Origin: Octopus sinensis
Taxonomy: Eukaryota
DNA length: 64,000 bases
Direction of reading: 5' to 3'
Assembly: GCF_006345805.1 (NCBI RefSeq)
Contig: NC_043003.1
Span: 87,482,001 to 87,546,000, forward strand
A program made the translations under genes and the position numbers. The notes below the pieces were generated by a model. That model ran no database searches, was not told the DNA's origin, and saw only the letters and a list, made by a program, of their open reading frames with translations. Each line of letters starts with the position of its first letter. Position 1 is the first letter of the stretch. Below are positions 47,461 to 60,696 of the stretch, piece after piece.

Positions 47461-48375
47461 GGTGTGTGTGTGTGTGTGCACGCATTATATATACAAATGT
47501 ATACAAATGAGATATATATCTGTATAAATTAAATTAGAGATAAAACCACTAATAGGCAAATCAAACAGTGAAAAACCAAAAACAAAAACATTAAAAAAAA
47601 ATATATAATATAGAAAATATAGAAAAATAAAATTGAAAAATTTTAATTATTTAAATTGAAAATAGAAATTATTAAATTATATTTATAATTTGTTTAAAAA
47701 TATATATAACTATGAAAAGGTATGAAAAAGTTAATATACATAAATAAAGATATATACACTTTGTATAATACATTATATATACATATTTATATATAGAACA
47801 CACACACACACACATTACATATATTACATATTTATATATAGAATACACACACACAACATTATAATACATATTTATATATAGAACGCACACACACACATAC
47901 ATTATATATACATATTTATATATATATATATATAGAACACACACACACACATAAATGAACGCAAGAATATCTGATTCATAATATTTGTTCTCATGATTGT
48001 GTGTTGTTTGGTAGCGATGATAATTCTCCCTATGAATGCAAACATATACATCAAAGAAAGCCGCCTGGCGAACTTATAAAGGGAAAGTGAAAGGGAGTTG
48101 AGGGGAATACATTAAATAACGGGAGTGGCATTCTCAAAGTTATTAATGAAGGGGAGTAAGAGAGGGAAGGGAGGAAATAGCGTGAGTGAGGAAGATGGCC
48201 CCTAGAAACACACCTTTTAAGCTAGGGATTTCTAAGGTAGCCCACGAGCATCGTCACCTCATTCTACATGTCCCTGTAAATTTTGGAGCGAATCAGACGG
48301 GATGTAGTGGCATTGAAAGCGATCCAAGCGGTAAAAACGCATTTCAGTTTTATATAAAGAGATATATATATTCAT

Positions 48376-48753
48376 TCTTTAACTTGTTTCAGTCATTTGA
48401 CTGCAGTCATGCTGGAAGACCGCCTTTTAGTCAAACAAATCGGCTAGGTCTTTGTAAGCTTGGTACCTATTGGTCTCTTTTGCTGAACTGCTAAGTTACA
48501 GGGACATAAACACACCAACAGCGCTTGTCAAGTTATGACAGGGGTGCAAACACAAACACAAAGACACACACACACATACATATATATATGTACATATATA
48601 CAACAGGCTTCTTTCAGTTTACATCTACCAAATCCACTCACAAGGATTTGGTTGGCCTGAGGCCATAGTAGAAAACACTTGCCTGAGGTGCCACTCAGTG
48701 GGATTGAACCCAGAACTATGTGGTTGGGAAGCAAGCTCCTTACCACACAGCCA
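48376..48753 (-). mobile_element. tRNA-derived SINE (same family as 36490, more diverged)
   Basis: Reverse complement of the tail ACTTGTTTCAGTCATTTGACTGC and the head CTTACCACACAGCCA. Confidence 0.88.
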
Positions 48754-49102
48754 TATACATATAATATGCATAAAAATATTATTGCTAAATGAAATGACAC
48801 TTCCTAAGAAAAACTTAAAAGGGGAGATATAAGTTCCTTTTTCTATCCTTTTTCTACCCTGATGAAATATTCACTTAACTATATTCAATATGAATCTTCA
48901 ATTTAATTTTTCTAACTTGACTTAATTGGACATGGAAACAATTGCAGGTTCTATGAGTTTGATATTGTTTGAAATTGGATTTGTTTCAATAAATTGATGT
49001 CTATTTGTCAATTTCTCCAGTTTCTTCTTTTTCTAATACATAAATGGTAATGTACCCACATCTATAAATGTGAAGCTAACATCTTTTAGTATTTCAGGCA
49101 CA

Positions 49103-49826
49103 CAGCTATGAGTCCACCACACCTAATAGCAGAAACAGCAGTAAACTAATGAAGTTCATAATTTACTTAGAAAGGAAACTAGTATACATCATTGGATGCA
49201 AGCAAAATTGCAAGGTGTTACCTCAGGGTTTTCCTCTTCCTAGAAAGACAGAGACTAAGGTCTCCCACCAAACAGAGAATAGGGGTCTCCCATTCCAGCT
49301 ATTGGGTGGTTGTTGACTCTACTTAACAGGTTTCTTTTTGTTCCACAAATTGCCCAGTGAAAACCATCCTCTTGATCAAGAAAGCTTGAAAGTGTTGTCA
49401 TTTTAGTTGCCTACAACTCAACCATGTGATAGAGTGAACTGGGTTACATGTTGCCAGTAGCAATAAGAGTGACCTGATATGTATGTGTGTGTGTGCGTAT
49501 GCATATACATATATATATAAGAAAAAGAAGTTCTGACCCTAATGAAATGTTCAATTAACTACAATTCAATATGAATCTTTAATTTCATTTTTTTAATTTG
49601 AATTAATTGATTGGACATGGAAACAATTGCAGGTTCTATGAGTTTGATATTGTTTGAAATTGGATTTGTTTCAATAAATTGATGTCTATTTGTCAATTTC
49701 TCCATTTTCTTCTTTTTCTTATACATAAATGGTAATGTACCCACATCCATAAATGTGAAGCTAACATCTTTTAGTATTTCACTGATACGCTGGATAAAAC
49801 TGAGGAACTTGGATGCTGTCATCCCT
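49103..49826 (-). repeat. Right copy of inverted duplication (SINE-free allele); partial tandem copy at ~48870-49095
   Basis: Reverse complement of 35819-36944 without the SINE. 48870-49095 repeats 49565-49790. Confidence 0.95.
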
Positions 49827-50089
49827 GTGTGTATATATGTGTCTCCTTGTATTGATATCATATGATAGTTGTACATAAGCATCACCATCCCTTGTTTCAA
49901 ATCTTCTGTGAAAGCATGTCTGGATATGGAAAAATATCATTTTACTTGAAAGTTAGTTGAGGATTGGTGACAGGAAGGGTATCTTGTTGTAGAAAATCTA
50001 CCTTAGTCAATTCTGACCCATATGAGTATGGAAATGTAGATGTTAACTTGATGACGATATGTATGTGCCAATGTATGTATGTATGAGTA

Positions 50090-52560
50090 GAACTGATATT
50101 TCACATACTTCTCTTTATTTATAGTTACTAAGTTATTCCCTTCATCACATGGGAGGGGTGTACCATTTTTATTAATTCTCTATAACATCTCCCCTTTTAA
50201 GTTTTTCTTGGGAAGTGTCATTTTATTTAGCAATATTTTTATTCACCCCCACCTCCCTTTTTTGTGTTTTTTTTGGCATTTGGCATCTATTTTCAGGAAC
50301 TCTCTATGTTTTTGTTTCCTCTCACTTGTATGCCTGGGTTCAAACACCTACAGTGGAATTGGTACTTGGAATGTATTGTAGAACCATTCCATCAGTTCCT
50401 GCAACTTCTTTGGTTCACTTTTCCAGTTGGTTCCTATGTTTCTTTTGTTTACCTTTTCTACTTTTTACCCAATACATCATCTTACCTATGCATTTAGTAA
50501 TTACGCCATCATCCCAACTCTGCTTTCCATTCTTGTATGCCCTCATATACACCTTTTCACCAACTTTAAAGAATCTTGCTATATCTTCCCTGGCACATTT
50601 TTCTTTCTTGCCAGGTAGCAATTTATCAAAGACTGATATTATTTTCCTTGCAAACATCAGCTCCACTGGTGAGCTACATGCTGGTGTATTTGGATTTGGT
50701 ATTACACAGTACACTCTTAAAAATTGTTGTAGAGCAACCTCCTCCATGACTTCCTTATTCAATTTTCTAAGGGCTCTTTTGAAGGTATCGACAAAGCGTT
50801 CTTGCCTGTCCATTAGATCTGTTATATGTTATATAGTTATATGTTCTACTGCACATGTTTCACAATTTTTTTTAATTCACTAGACACAAATTTCATTCCA
50901 TTGTCAGACACTGTCTTGTCTGGGATGCCAAGTCTTGCAAGCAGTTTGTGTAAAAAATTTATCACAGTTGAGGAGGTTGGTTTTTTTACACATAAATTAC
51001 ACTTACACTTACAAATTTCTGGCTATTTTGAGAAGCTATCAACTACCACTCAGTTGTAATAACTGTTTAAAGGACCAGCGAAATTGATGTATAGTCCTGA
51101 CCATGGAACCTCTTCTTTTGAACAATGTTTACTTTTTATCATGGGCAATTTTTCATTTTATTTTGGCTTACATACAGGTGTTCCATTCTGTTTTATTGAA
51201 ATTTTTTGTTTCAGTTCTTTAGCCACGTTCAAACCTTCAACTGAACTGACTATATTTCCACACAAAGCACTTATGGGTACATCCCATACTTTGAATAGTT
51301 CCATCCACTCTGTGCTAAAGAGATTAAGTGAACTTTTTAACACATATCTTAGGTTTTTGTTTGACCTCAAAATGTTACATTACATATGAATTCACCAGAA
51401 AAGTATAATCTTTTTCCTGTAACACCATGTGCTATCTTTTTAGGCTTAATTAATTTCGGCTTACCAACATATTTCCACATTTTTTCGTTTATAATGGTGA
51501 TATCACTATCAGTGTTCAACTGCATTTTAACACTAGTATTTCTAATTTTCAACTCCACGAATTTTCTCATCATTATATTGCCAATTTCTTTCAATGACAT
51601 ACTATTTTCATTTGTTCTGACATTTCATCATCTTCCTTTTATATGTCCTATATTACCACAATGAAAGCACTCTTTTGTTTTTAAGGGACAATTTTTCCTC
51701 AGGTGTATACCTCCACATTCAAAACAGGTTTATTTTCTGATTTTTGTCATGTTTTTTTAGAAAACACTTCATCTCTATTCTGACTATTTTGCACTTGCTT
51801 TACTTGGAAACAATCCTTACATTCAATTTCCTCAGTGTCTAAATTTGTCTATCCTTTCATGTTCTGACAGTTACATCCTAATTTTGTTCCAGCTTTGCAA
51901 GAATTCTAGTTCTAACTTCTGCATCCTTTTTGAACATATTTGGTATTTCTACTAGAACATGTGATGTTGTCCTTGTCATTGTTTTTCTCTATGTGTTGAA
52001 CAATGAGCGTTTTTCACTGAAAACTTTACACAATATTTTTATTGTGTCATTAAAGTTTATGTCTGAAGGTTTTCTTCTTACTGTATCATTCATGTTCTAT
52101 TTCCACCAGTTTTCTCAAGATTAAGCACATTTTCATCTCGTCCCAATCTTTACATTCTTTATCAAAGCTTTGAAGGTAACTACTTTGCCAGGTTTGTATT
52201 TGAACTCTGTTATGGAGTTCATGACATAGTCATGTACATGTTGTGAGCCAGCCTTGGCAATTGTTACTCATCTTGGCTGACACAGTGGTAAGAATGATGT
52301 CTGCTGCCCACCTTAGCTGGGTGGCTTAGTTTTTTTCTGTTGTTTCTGTCTTTCTGTTCTTACTGCCAGACACTGAAGTGGCAGTCTCTGTTTTTATAAT
52401 TATCATCTGGAAGGGCCAAGTAAACTTAAATGATTGACTGAAATCTTTTTTTCTTTTGTTGAGCTTAATGAAAATGCAAAAAAGTAAAAGCATTTTCCTC
52501 TGAAATTTACCAGATGCTTGAGAAGTTTGTGTTTTGATTTTGGCCACAGTTATTGTTATA
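50090..52560 (-). mobile_element. Degenerate, internally deleted Ty3/Gypsy element (gag knuckles, protease, integrase, PPT, start of 3' LTR)
   Basis: CFECGGIHLRKNC and CFHCGNIGH knuckles at about 51625-51730; protease remnant QLNTDSDITII; integrase ERFVDTFKRAL...SPVELMFAR. The PPT AAAAGGGGAGA precedes TGTTATAG at 50187. Confidence 0.88.
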
Positions 52561-54239
52561 TAACAATATACCAAACAAGTATATCATAAGACTCTTGTGT
52601 TTGTTTAGCGTAAACAAACCAGGAATCTGCTGATGGTTCCTACTAAAGATTTCAAGCATTACTAAAATTAATTTTTCTTCTCATGTTCCAGATAAACCAT
52701 GGTTAGTAACTCGCAATCAGTGAGAACAACCTCCAGCAACTCACTAATCCATAAACTATATTCATACTTAGGATGGTGAGCTTAAAATAACTTATAATTC
52801 TTTGAAATTATATCAGTTAAAATAAAAAGTCACTAGCTCTATTTACCAATATAAGAGTGGTGTCAGAAAAGAGTTCAAATTCACCAGATGGCAAGAATAT
52901 TGTATTAGAAAATAATATTTAAGCTGAATCAAAATGTCTCTACACCCACCCAACAATTGTAACTGATAGTAACTGCGTCAAAGGAAGTCAATCTAGGAGC
53001 TAAGATATGGTTATCAATCTAAGCAAAACAGAAAAATAAATAAATGAGATACAGCTTCAAAATTTTGAAAACTTCACCATTTCAGAGCAATTCCACTTCC
53101 TCACATGCACATTCTGAAAGCAGAAACCAAACAAAATGAACCACATAAATGACTATGAATTCAAACTAGGACAATATTCACCATAAAAATACAATATGAT
53201 AGGTATGATGAAGACAACATAGAACAAATGGGTTTAACTCTAAAGGATATAATGATGATACACCAGCAACAGATTTGAGACTCCAAGACCAGAATAATAT
53301 CCATAAGTAAACATCTAGATCTTTGCCCTATAAACAGACATCCCAAATACCAAATTTTCCCTCAGTATCAATGTATCAGAAACACTTCAGTCCAATTCTG
53401 ATTAAATTAGAAAAATACATTTAATAAGGAACAATCTAAAACTAAACTCTCTATAATGCAATATAAATTAAAAAAACAGCTTATTCTACTCAACTAAAAA
53501 CAACAAAAACAAATCAAAAAGACTGAAAACTCTAATTTCAAACCAGTGTATAAATACACCTTACATATTTTGACCAATTACATTTTGTTTGAGGCGAAAA
53601 TCAGAGCCTCAAGAGAAGAAAAGAAATTAACAAATCACGTTTTCACCCAACTGTGACATCAGAACATCTTAAAGGAATCAGCCAACAGGAATGCTAGATG
53701 TCTGTCAGACAAAAACTCATTATGGATATGGATGGAAGGCTACACTAACTAAAATGTTTCTTTATAGAAATAAGCAAAATAGCAAGTAAAAGGCAAGCTG
53801 CAGCTATGACAATTGATTGTACAACATCTCACCTGTAACACACAAGTGCACGATGAGTCAAAACAATTGTAGTGTTTCTGATTAAAGAGTCTCATGAATT
53901 CCATTTTCTGTCTTTCATTTCTACAGACACAAAGGAATTATGGAGGTAAACCCAGCATACACTTCCATACTGTTTTTGACATCAGGTAGCCAAATACAGT
54001 AGATGTATTTTAAACATCATGCTACAAGGTGTCTACTCAAATATGTAATTATTACTTATATATACATACAGACATGACAGAAGTAGACACCATTATAATC
54101 GTTAAAATTTATTTAAATCTGAAATTATACATTCAAATTACTTATTAATTATTATAATGTGAATGTTTGATATTTAGTAGACATGCAACTTACATTTTTC
54201 AATGCAAGGAGCCTATTAGGCATGTTAATGATCAGATGG

Positions 54240-55000
54240 TGAATATTCTCTTGAAAAATGTCTTGCCAAGTTTCATGCAGTAATCACAAAAGATCTGGTT
54301 TTGAAGATGCTTTCCTGTTCTTTTTAAGAAGTGTCCTGTCCATTATGTCCCAGAAGACTTCAATAGGGTTCATACATGGTGACTGGTTTGACCATGGAAG
54401 ATTTTTAATGCCCTTCTCATCCAAAAAATCTTGGGTCATTTTAGTGTGTGACAAGGAGCCCCATCTTCCATAAATAAAGAGTCTTCTTTAATCATTTCAC
54501 TACTCTAAAAGATTGCAAAAATATGGACTCTTTTTCTGAGTTTATGTTTCCTTCACACTTCACCAGCTCTGATTGACCATTACAACAAATTGCTCCCATT
54601 GCTGGCTGCAATCTTTTCACGTCAAATTCTTGATCACAAAGTCTCCAGATTCACACTCGACCACTTTCAGAAAATACAGCAAATCTGGACTCATTGTAGA
54701 ATATGACAATGTCCCAAAATGCTAGTAGCCTCTCCACCATCTCACTGGTCTAATCTTTTCTCCACTTTATATTAGCTCGTCAAAGCTGTTCTAGGACTGA
54801 CAGAGAGACCTGGTCAACCTGGGCGAGATGATGTGGACTCCTACTCCTCTCTGGTGAATAGCACAATCCCTCTATTAAATATAGAAAGTGGGATCCCATA
54901 GTTTTCTGTGATTTTACACTATGTCCACCTTCAGATTGGCCCACAATATGGCCGCTTTGAAATTCAGACAGTTCCAAGGCTTCTTTTTTATATGGCATGA
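54240..55000 (-). mobile_element. Degenerate Tc1-like transposase remnant
   Basis: Translation gives ELSEFQSGHIVG (HTH start), DGAPCHT and LPWSNQSPCMNPIEVFW. Confidence 0.78.
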
Positions 55001-55139
55001 TTAAACAGCCACATATAGAACCTGAAACATAAAAGTGTCAATTAATAAAAATATAAACCTTTACAAGTTAGAATAAACATAAAATGATGTTCTATGAGGT
55101 GTCTATTTATTTCTACAAGGTGGTAGAACAGTGAAATAG

Positions 55140-55790
55140 ATAGGGCCATAAAAAGGAAGAGACATGCTTGGAAAGACTGGAGAAATGGAGGCAGCAAAGA
55201 AGCTAGGCAACAGCAAAGGTAGAAGCAGAAAAGAAGAGGTTTGCCAATGTCTTACAGCATAAATATCAGAGACTTGAGATGTCCCAGATTGCTAGACAGT
55301 GTGTCAGAGAGAATCAAGATGTTGTGAGTAAGAAACGTGTACATATGGATAATGATATGTTTACACTTAGTAGCTCTGAAAAGAAATAAACATGGAAGTG
55401 CTACGATGAAAGGCTGTTAAATAAGGAGAATAGGGGAAAGGCAGTCTCCCCAATGTGAACTCAACAGAGGACCACCTATTATAGTTGATAGCAGTATAAT
55501 AGATAATGCAATTAAGGATATGAAGAAAAGGAAAGCTCCTGGTACATTGGGTGTTACTGCTGAGATGCTGAAAATATGTAGTGATATATCACTAGATATT
55601 TTCAGCATCTCAGGATACAGTCTAGTCACCCATATAGTTAACCAAGTTATTTAGGAAAGTGTTATCCCCAATAACTGATGTAACGGCATTATAGTTAGCT
55701 GCTAAATGGGTGAGGGAGATGTCTTAGAAGTAATTACAGAGGCATTAAATTGCTGAACCAGTTACTAAGGTAACCTAATTAGCAGTGGAA
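55140..55790 (+). mobile_element. Old RTE fragment; further RTE pieces at ~56455-56530 (+) and ~56620-57150 (-)
   Basis: Translation gives DNAIKDMKKRKAPGTLGVTAEMLK. The minus piece includes GVHQGSVLSPLLF and PWELLYVDDL. Confidence 0.75.
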
Positions 55791-55898
55791 GAGGATGTTC
55801 TCAAAGTGTAATTGCTAGGATAACAGTAGGATGGAGAAAATTCAAAACTTTTACCTCTATTGGCAATAAAAGGTCACTTTCTATCTGAGTGAAAGGTA

Positions 55899-56450
55899 CT
55901 GTGTTGTCCGGAAAGTTCGTGCCGATTTATAGTAGCTTACCTTTAACATGGTTGAGTCTATAAAATGGGATTTGAATACACCTCCATTTAGAGCACAGTT
56001 TAAGCTATCTCTTCATGGAAGAAGGTTTATGTTCCTATAACCTGTGTTAATTCTGTAACCCTTTTAAATGGAAGATAAGAAAGTTCATTTTCAGCTCTTG
56101 ATTCTTTTGGAACCAGACAAAAAATTGCTGCAGCTTCGCTGGGATGTTATCCCACCCTCCATATTCACCAGATATTGCTCCTTCAGATTTCCACTTATTC
56201 AGGTTTCTGCAGAATAGTCTTAATGGTAAAAATTTCAATTCCTTGGATGACGTAAAAAGATACCTTGATGAATTCTTTGCCATGAAACCGCCTCAATTCT
56301 GGAAAGAGGGTATTTTCAAGTTAAACGAATGGTGGAGACGCATTGTGCAACAAAATGGTTCATATTCGGTTGATTACAAATGTAATGGCAAGTATTTATT
56401 GACCTTTTTCTTTCCTTTAAAAATTGGCACGAACTTTCCGGACAACCCAA
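55899..56450 (+). mobile_element. Internally deleted mariner derivative with intact TIRs and TA target duplication
   Basis: Left TA-CTGTGTTGTCCGGAAAGTTCGTGCCGATTT and right AAATTGGCACGAACTTTCCGGACAACCCAA-TA. It retains HPPYSPDIAPSDFHLF...GIFKL..WW. Confidence 0.92.
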
Positions 56451-57899
56451 TAGATTGTATGATGTTTGTATATGGACAGCAATGCTACATGGCAGCGAAA
56501 AGTGGGTCCTAAATGCTTAAGACATGCAACAACTTGCATCATACAATCTACCTTTCACTCTGAGAGAGTCCTTTTGTTACCAACAGAGGTAAAAGTTCTC
56601 TGAACTTCCTTTATCCTATTAAAATTCTATTGAATAGAAACAATACTTTCAAAACATCCTCCACCATTGCTAATTTGGTCACCTAGGTAACAGAAACTAT
56701 CCACGACCTCAGGAAAGCATCCTGGGTATTTCAGAAAGTTAATTCCTGTGTGTCTTTAGTGCTTATTGTTCCACAGGAAGAGGATTTTATCTGTTAATCT
56801 TCCTGTGATTCCACTACACCTTTTATGTGTTCATAGCTTACACTTGGTGCAGTGACTGGAATTTCTTCCAACTCCTTTTCTACATATCAAGCAAGGCCAT
56901 TTACAGTATCTGTTTTCTTGCTAATAACTTTTGTCTTCACTATGTTAACTTTGATTCCTGGTTTTGCTTCCATATCTGGAATTTCTCCTCCAATTCTGCT
57001 ACAGATTCTGCAATAAGAACGAGGTCATCAACATATAGTAATTCCCATGGAATCCTGTTTTAAATTCCTCTGTTATGGCCCGGAGGATATTATAAATAAC
57101 AGTGGACTGAGAACTGAGCCCTGGTGGACCCCTACTTGTATATTGAATTCATCACTATGCATTCATACGCATCTAGATATGTATATTTTTATATTCATAC
57201 ACATATACACACCAACCACACATACATATATACACACGCATATGCAAATTCATACATATTCATAAATAATAAAAGTGGCATATTTGCAATTTGCAGGCAA
57301 TAGGCAGAACAACAGATGTCACTAAAGTGACCAGCATAGCGAGGTCACCAGTGATTTCACATTTTTATTAATGTTCATCAGTAGCTCTTAACCAGCTGCC
57401 CAGGGTCGAGTTGGCTCACCTTGTCAGTTTATAAGAGTTATTGTAGAAATCTCATGCAGATTTCCTAAATGGTAAAAGTGAATATTATAAATAATAAAAG
57501 AGGCTAATTCGCAATTTGCAGTCAAAAGGCAGAGCGATAGACGACACTAAAGTGACTAATAATAGACGTCACTAAAGTGATTAGTTAGCACCAGCATTGC
57601 TAGAAATAAGAGTGAAAACAACTCTTAGCCATGAGCATAGCCAGATCACCGGTAATTTTGCCTTTTTATTAATGCTCATCAGTGGCACTAACCTGGATGC
57701 CCAGGGTTAAGCTTACTCACCTTGTCAGTTTATAAGAGTTACCGTAAGAGCCACTAATGAGCATTAACAAAAATGCAAAATCGGTTTTTCTGGCTATACC
57801 CCAGATGCTGTTGGGAGTTGATGCAACTACTTGTGATCTCCATCTTCAAGGCCTCAGAACAACACTAGCGGAGAGACACTATCCACTCTCACTTAGTGA

Positions 57900-59270
57900 C
57901 AATGGAATTAACATGCCAACAATATAGGAGACAAAACGAAATCCCACACCTCTAAAAATACTATCCTATACAACCCGAGAAATAACGAGGTATACAACAT
58001 CATTGTTCATAATCTATCAATGCTCACTAGGGATCCAAAGATAAACTACATTCCTAAAACACACAAATTCATCAAATATTAAAAACAACCCAAATCACTG
58101 AAAAGACTATTGACAAATGCAAAGCTATACACTATAGTTAAAAAACAATAGTTAAAAAATGCGAACATCCAAATTGTAAAACAAGCCACATCATACTGGA
58201 AGGTTCAGAATTCCACTTCAAACAGAGAGATTAATAATTAAAACTAATTTCACTTGTGCATCTGAGAATTTAATTTGTCATAATTTGTTCAGGTTGTGAA
58301 CACAGCTTATATAGGCCAAACAAGTATGTCATTTAGACAGAGAACTACATTGCATAAGGAACAGGTCTGTTTCCCAAGGTATAGACAGATACCTTTTAGT
58401 AAACACAAAGAGATGTGAGGGAATCTACAACCAAACTTCCTGGTTTTCCCCATTTACCAGTGCAAGGAAACAATTTCTGTACAAGAAAAATTAGATAAAG
58501 AAAATATATTTATTGAAAAATACAAAACATGCCTGAATATGAATGCATAACCAGATTCAGGAAAAATTTTATTTCATGATTGCATATACAACATTGTACA
58601 TATTTTATCTCGCAATTTTAACCCATGAGTTTATATAAACTTATCCCACCCAAAAAGTGTAACCATTCAAAAAAATGTGCAATTACCTCCCCTGCCCTGA
58701 ATAATAACAATAATAACCTCCACTTATGGTGATTCATTTACAAACTCTCATACAAGAACATGGACTAAAAACTTCTTAAGAAAATACAAAATTCCAATAA
58801 TTTCAATATACGATTAGCAAAATGCAAAACCAAAGTGACTCACAATACTCTACCATGTAGAATATATTAAATCTATGCAAACTATGTATTTTCAACCTTA
58901 TTGAAGACACAACATACAAATTCAAATCAGGAAGACTTTTACTGTAAAAAATCACTTTACATGTTCTTCAAGGAATTTAATACATGCTATCAAATGTCAA
59001 GGAGGTAATGAAGATTACATAGGTCAAACAAAGCTTACTCTAAGAAATAAACTGACCATTCACCAACAACAAATATGAGACCCCAATACTAGAGAGATTC
59101 TACATAGATATTTGTGCAAAAAGTAAGTCTCCCAAATTGCAGATCTTCCCACTCTACCTATGTTCAGTAAATACCACAGATGAAGCACAGATATACAAAG
59201 AAAATACTTTCATACAAAAGTACAAACCAAGACTTAACAAATACATACACAAATAGCTAGTCACACACAA
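57900..59270 (+). mobile_element. Two tandem degenerate Neptune-type PLE endonuclease fragments
   Basis: KCEHPNCKT...NFTCASENL...YIGQTS at about 58160-58330, and FTCSSRNLIHAIKC...YIGQTK at about 58950-59040. Confidence 0.75.
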
Positions 59271-59966
59271 AATTCATTCTACTACTTATCATAAAGAAGC
59301 TACACAGCTAACAACCTAAATTTTAACCATTGGACAACATACAAACGACTCCTTTCCACTCTCCCACCAGACAGATTAAATTTGGTCTATCTTAATTATA
59401 ACTAAACATGTTCCCTCAACCGTGTTGGCCCTCTTTTTGAGTGCAAAATATACTGTTACGTGAATACTTAACACATGGACATAGCGGAAAACATACAAAA
59501 GGTTATAAACTTAATTATGTGTTCATTCTCTACAAACACTTGACAGAAAACATTCAGAGCATTGATTGTTTGGACATGCTCAATCAACCGTGTCAGTCTT
59601 AACTTATGACGCCAAACATTGTCACTTGATACTAACACACAGACATAGCGGGGAACCTACAATTATTTCTAAGACCAGTCATGTGACTATCCTCTACCAA
59701 TCAAATCCTATTCAAAACATATATGAATTTGAGCTATGAACTCCCTATAAAACAGGGCAAACTTCAAACACTAGTCAGAAGCAAGAAGGCTGTGATATAA
59801 GCCACGTCTTTCTATTTGAACTTTTTGAAAATCAGTGTAAACAGTAAAACCGGTTAAAGCTTCAAATATTTGAATAAAAAACATATTAAGTATTCTCAGT
59901 GCATTTTCAACTTCTATTTTTCCTATATTTCTAGACATGTGGAATAAAATATCTTTGTTTTATATA

Positions 59967-60027
<61 letters not shown>

Positions 60028-60175
60028 AATAGGAGGGAATATTATTCCAAACTTACATGGAAAGATTCAATTTAGAAATATGAAATCAAATTATTCATAT
60101 TGTGAAATTTTATTTAACATAAATTGAATTTTTCCCTGTAAGTTTGGAGTTATACTCCCTATTATTATTATTATA

Positions 60176-60217
<42 letters not shown>

Positions 60218-60620
60218 CAATAGGAGGGAATATTATTCCAAACTTACATGGAAAGATTCAATTTAGAAATATGAAATCAAATTATTCATATTGTGAAATT
60301 TTATTTAACACTAAATTGAATTTTTCCCTGTAAGTTTGGAGTTATACTCCCTATTATTATTATTATTTATATATATATATATTATAATAATAATAATAAT
60401 AATAATAATATGAGGGAATATTATTCCAAACTTACATGGAAAAATTCAATTTAGAAATACGAAATCAAATTTCACAAAATATATGTATCTATAAATTAGA
60501 AAAAAAAACACTTTTCATCAATTCAATAATGAAAAATTAAATTATACCATCTAGAAAATTACCAATAATTTTCTAGATGGTATAATTTAATCTTTCATTA
60601 TTGAATTGATGAAAGGTGTT
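60028..60620. repeat. Cluster of fold-back elements: two 191-bp-period hairpin units, a partial third, and a 55-bp-arm palindrome (60507-60620)
   Basis: AATAGGAGGGAATATTATTCCAAACTTACA...TGTAAGTTTGGAGTTATACTCCCTATT occurs at 60028 and 60219. The palindrome has a CCAA loop at 60562-60565. Confidence 0.9.
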
Positions 60621-60622
60621 TA

Positions 60623-60696
<74 letters not shown>

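Noticed and set aside
52554-52565. TGTTATATAACA as a collapsed 5' LTR of the minus-strand Gypsy
   Set aside because: Only a 12-bp AT-rich palindrome, with no matching LTR body or convincing PBS.
52773-53930. Selenocysteine read-through of the TGA formed by joining the candidate exons
   Set aside because: No similarity to known selenoproteins and no SECIS identified.
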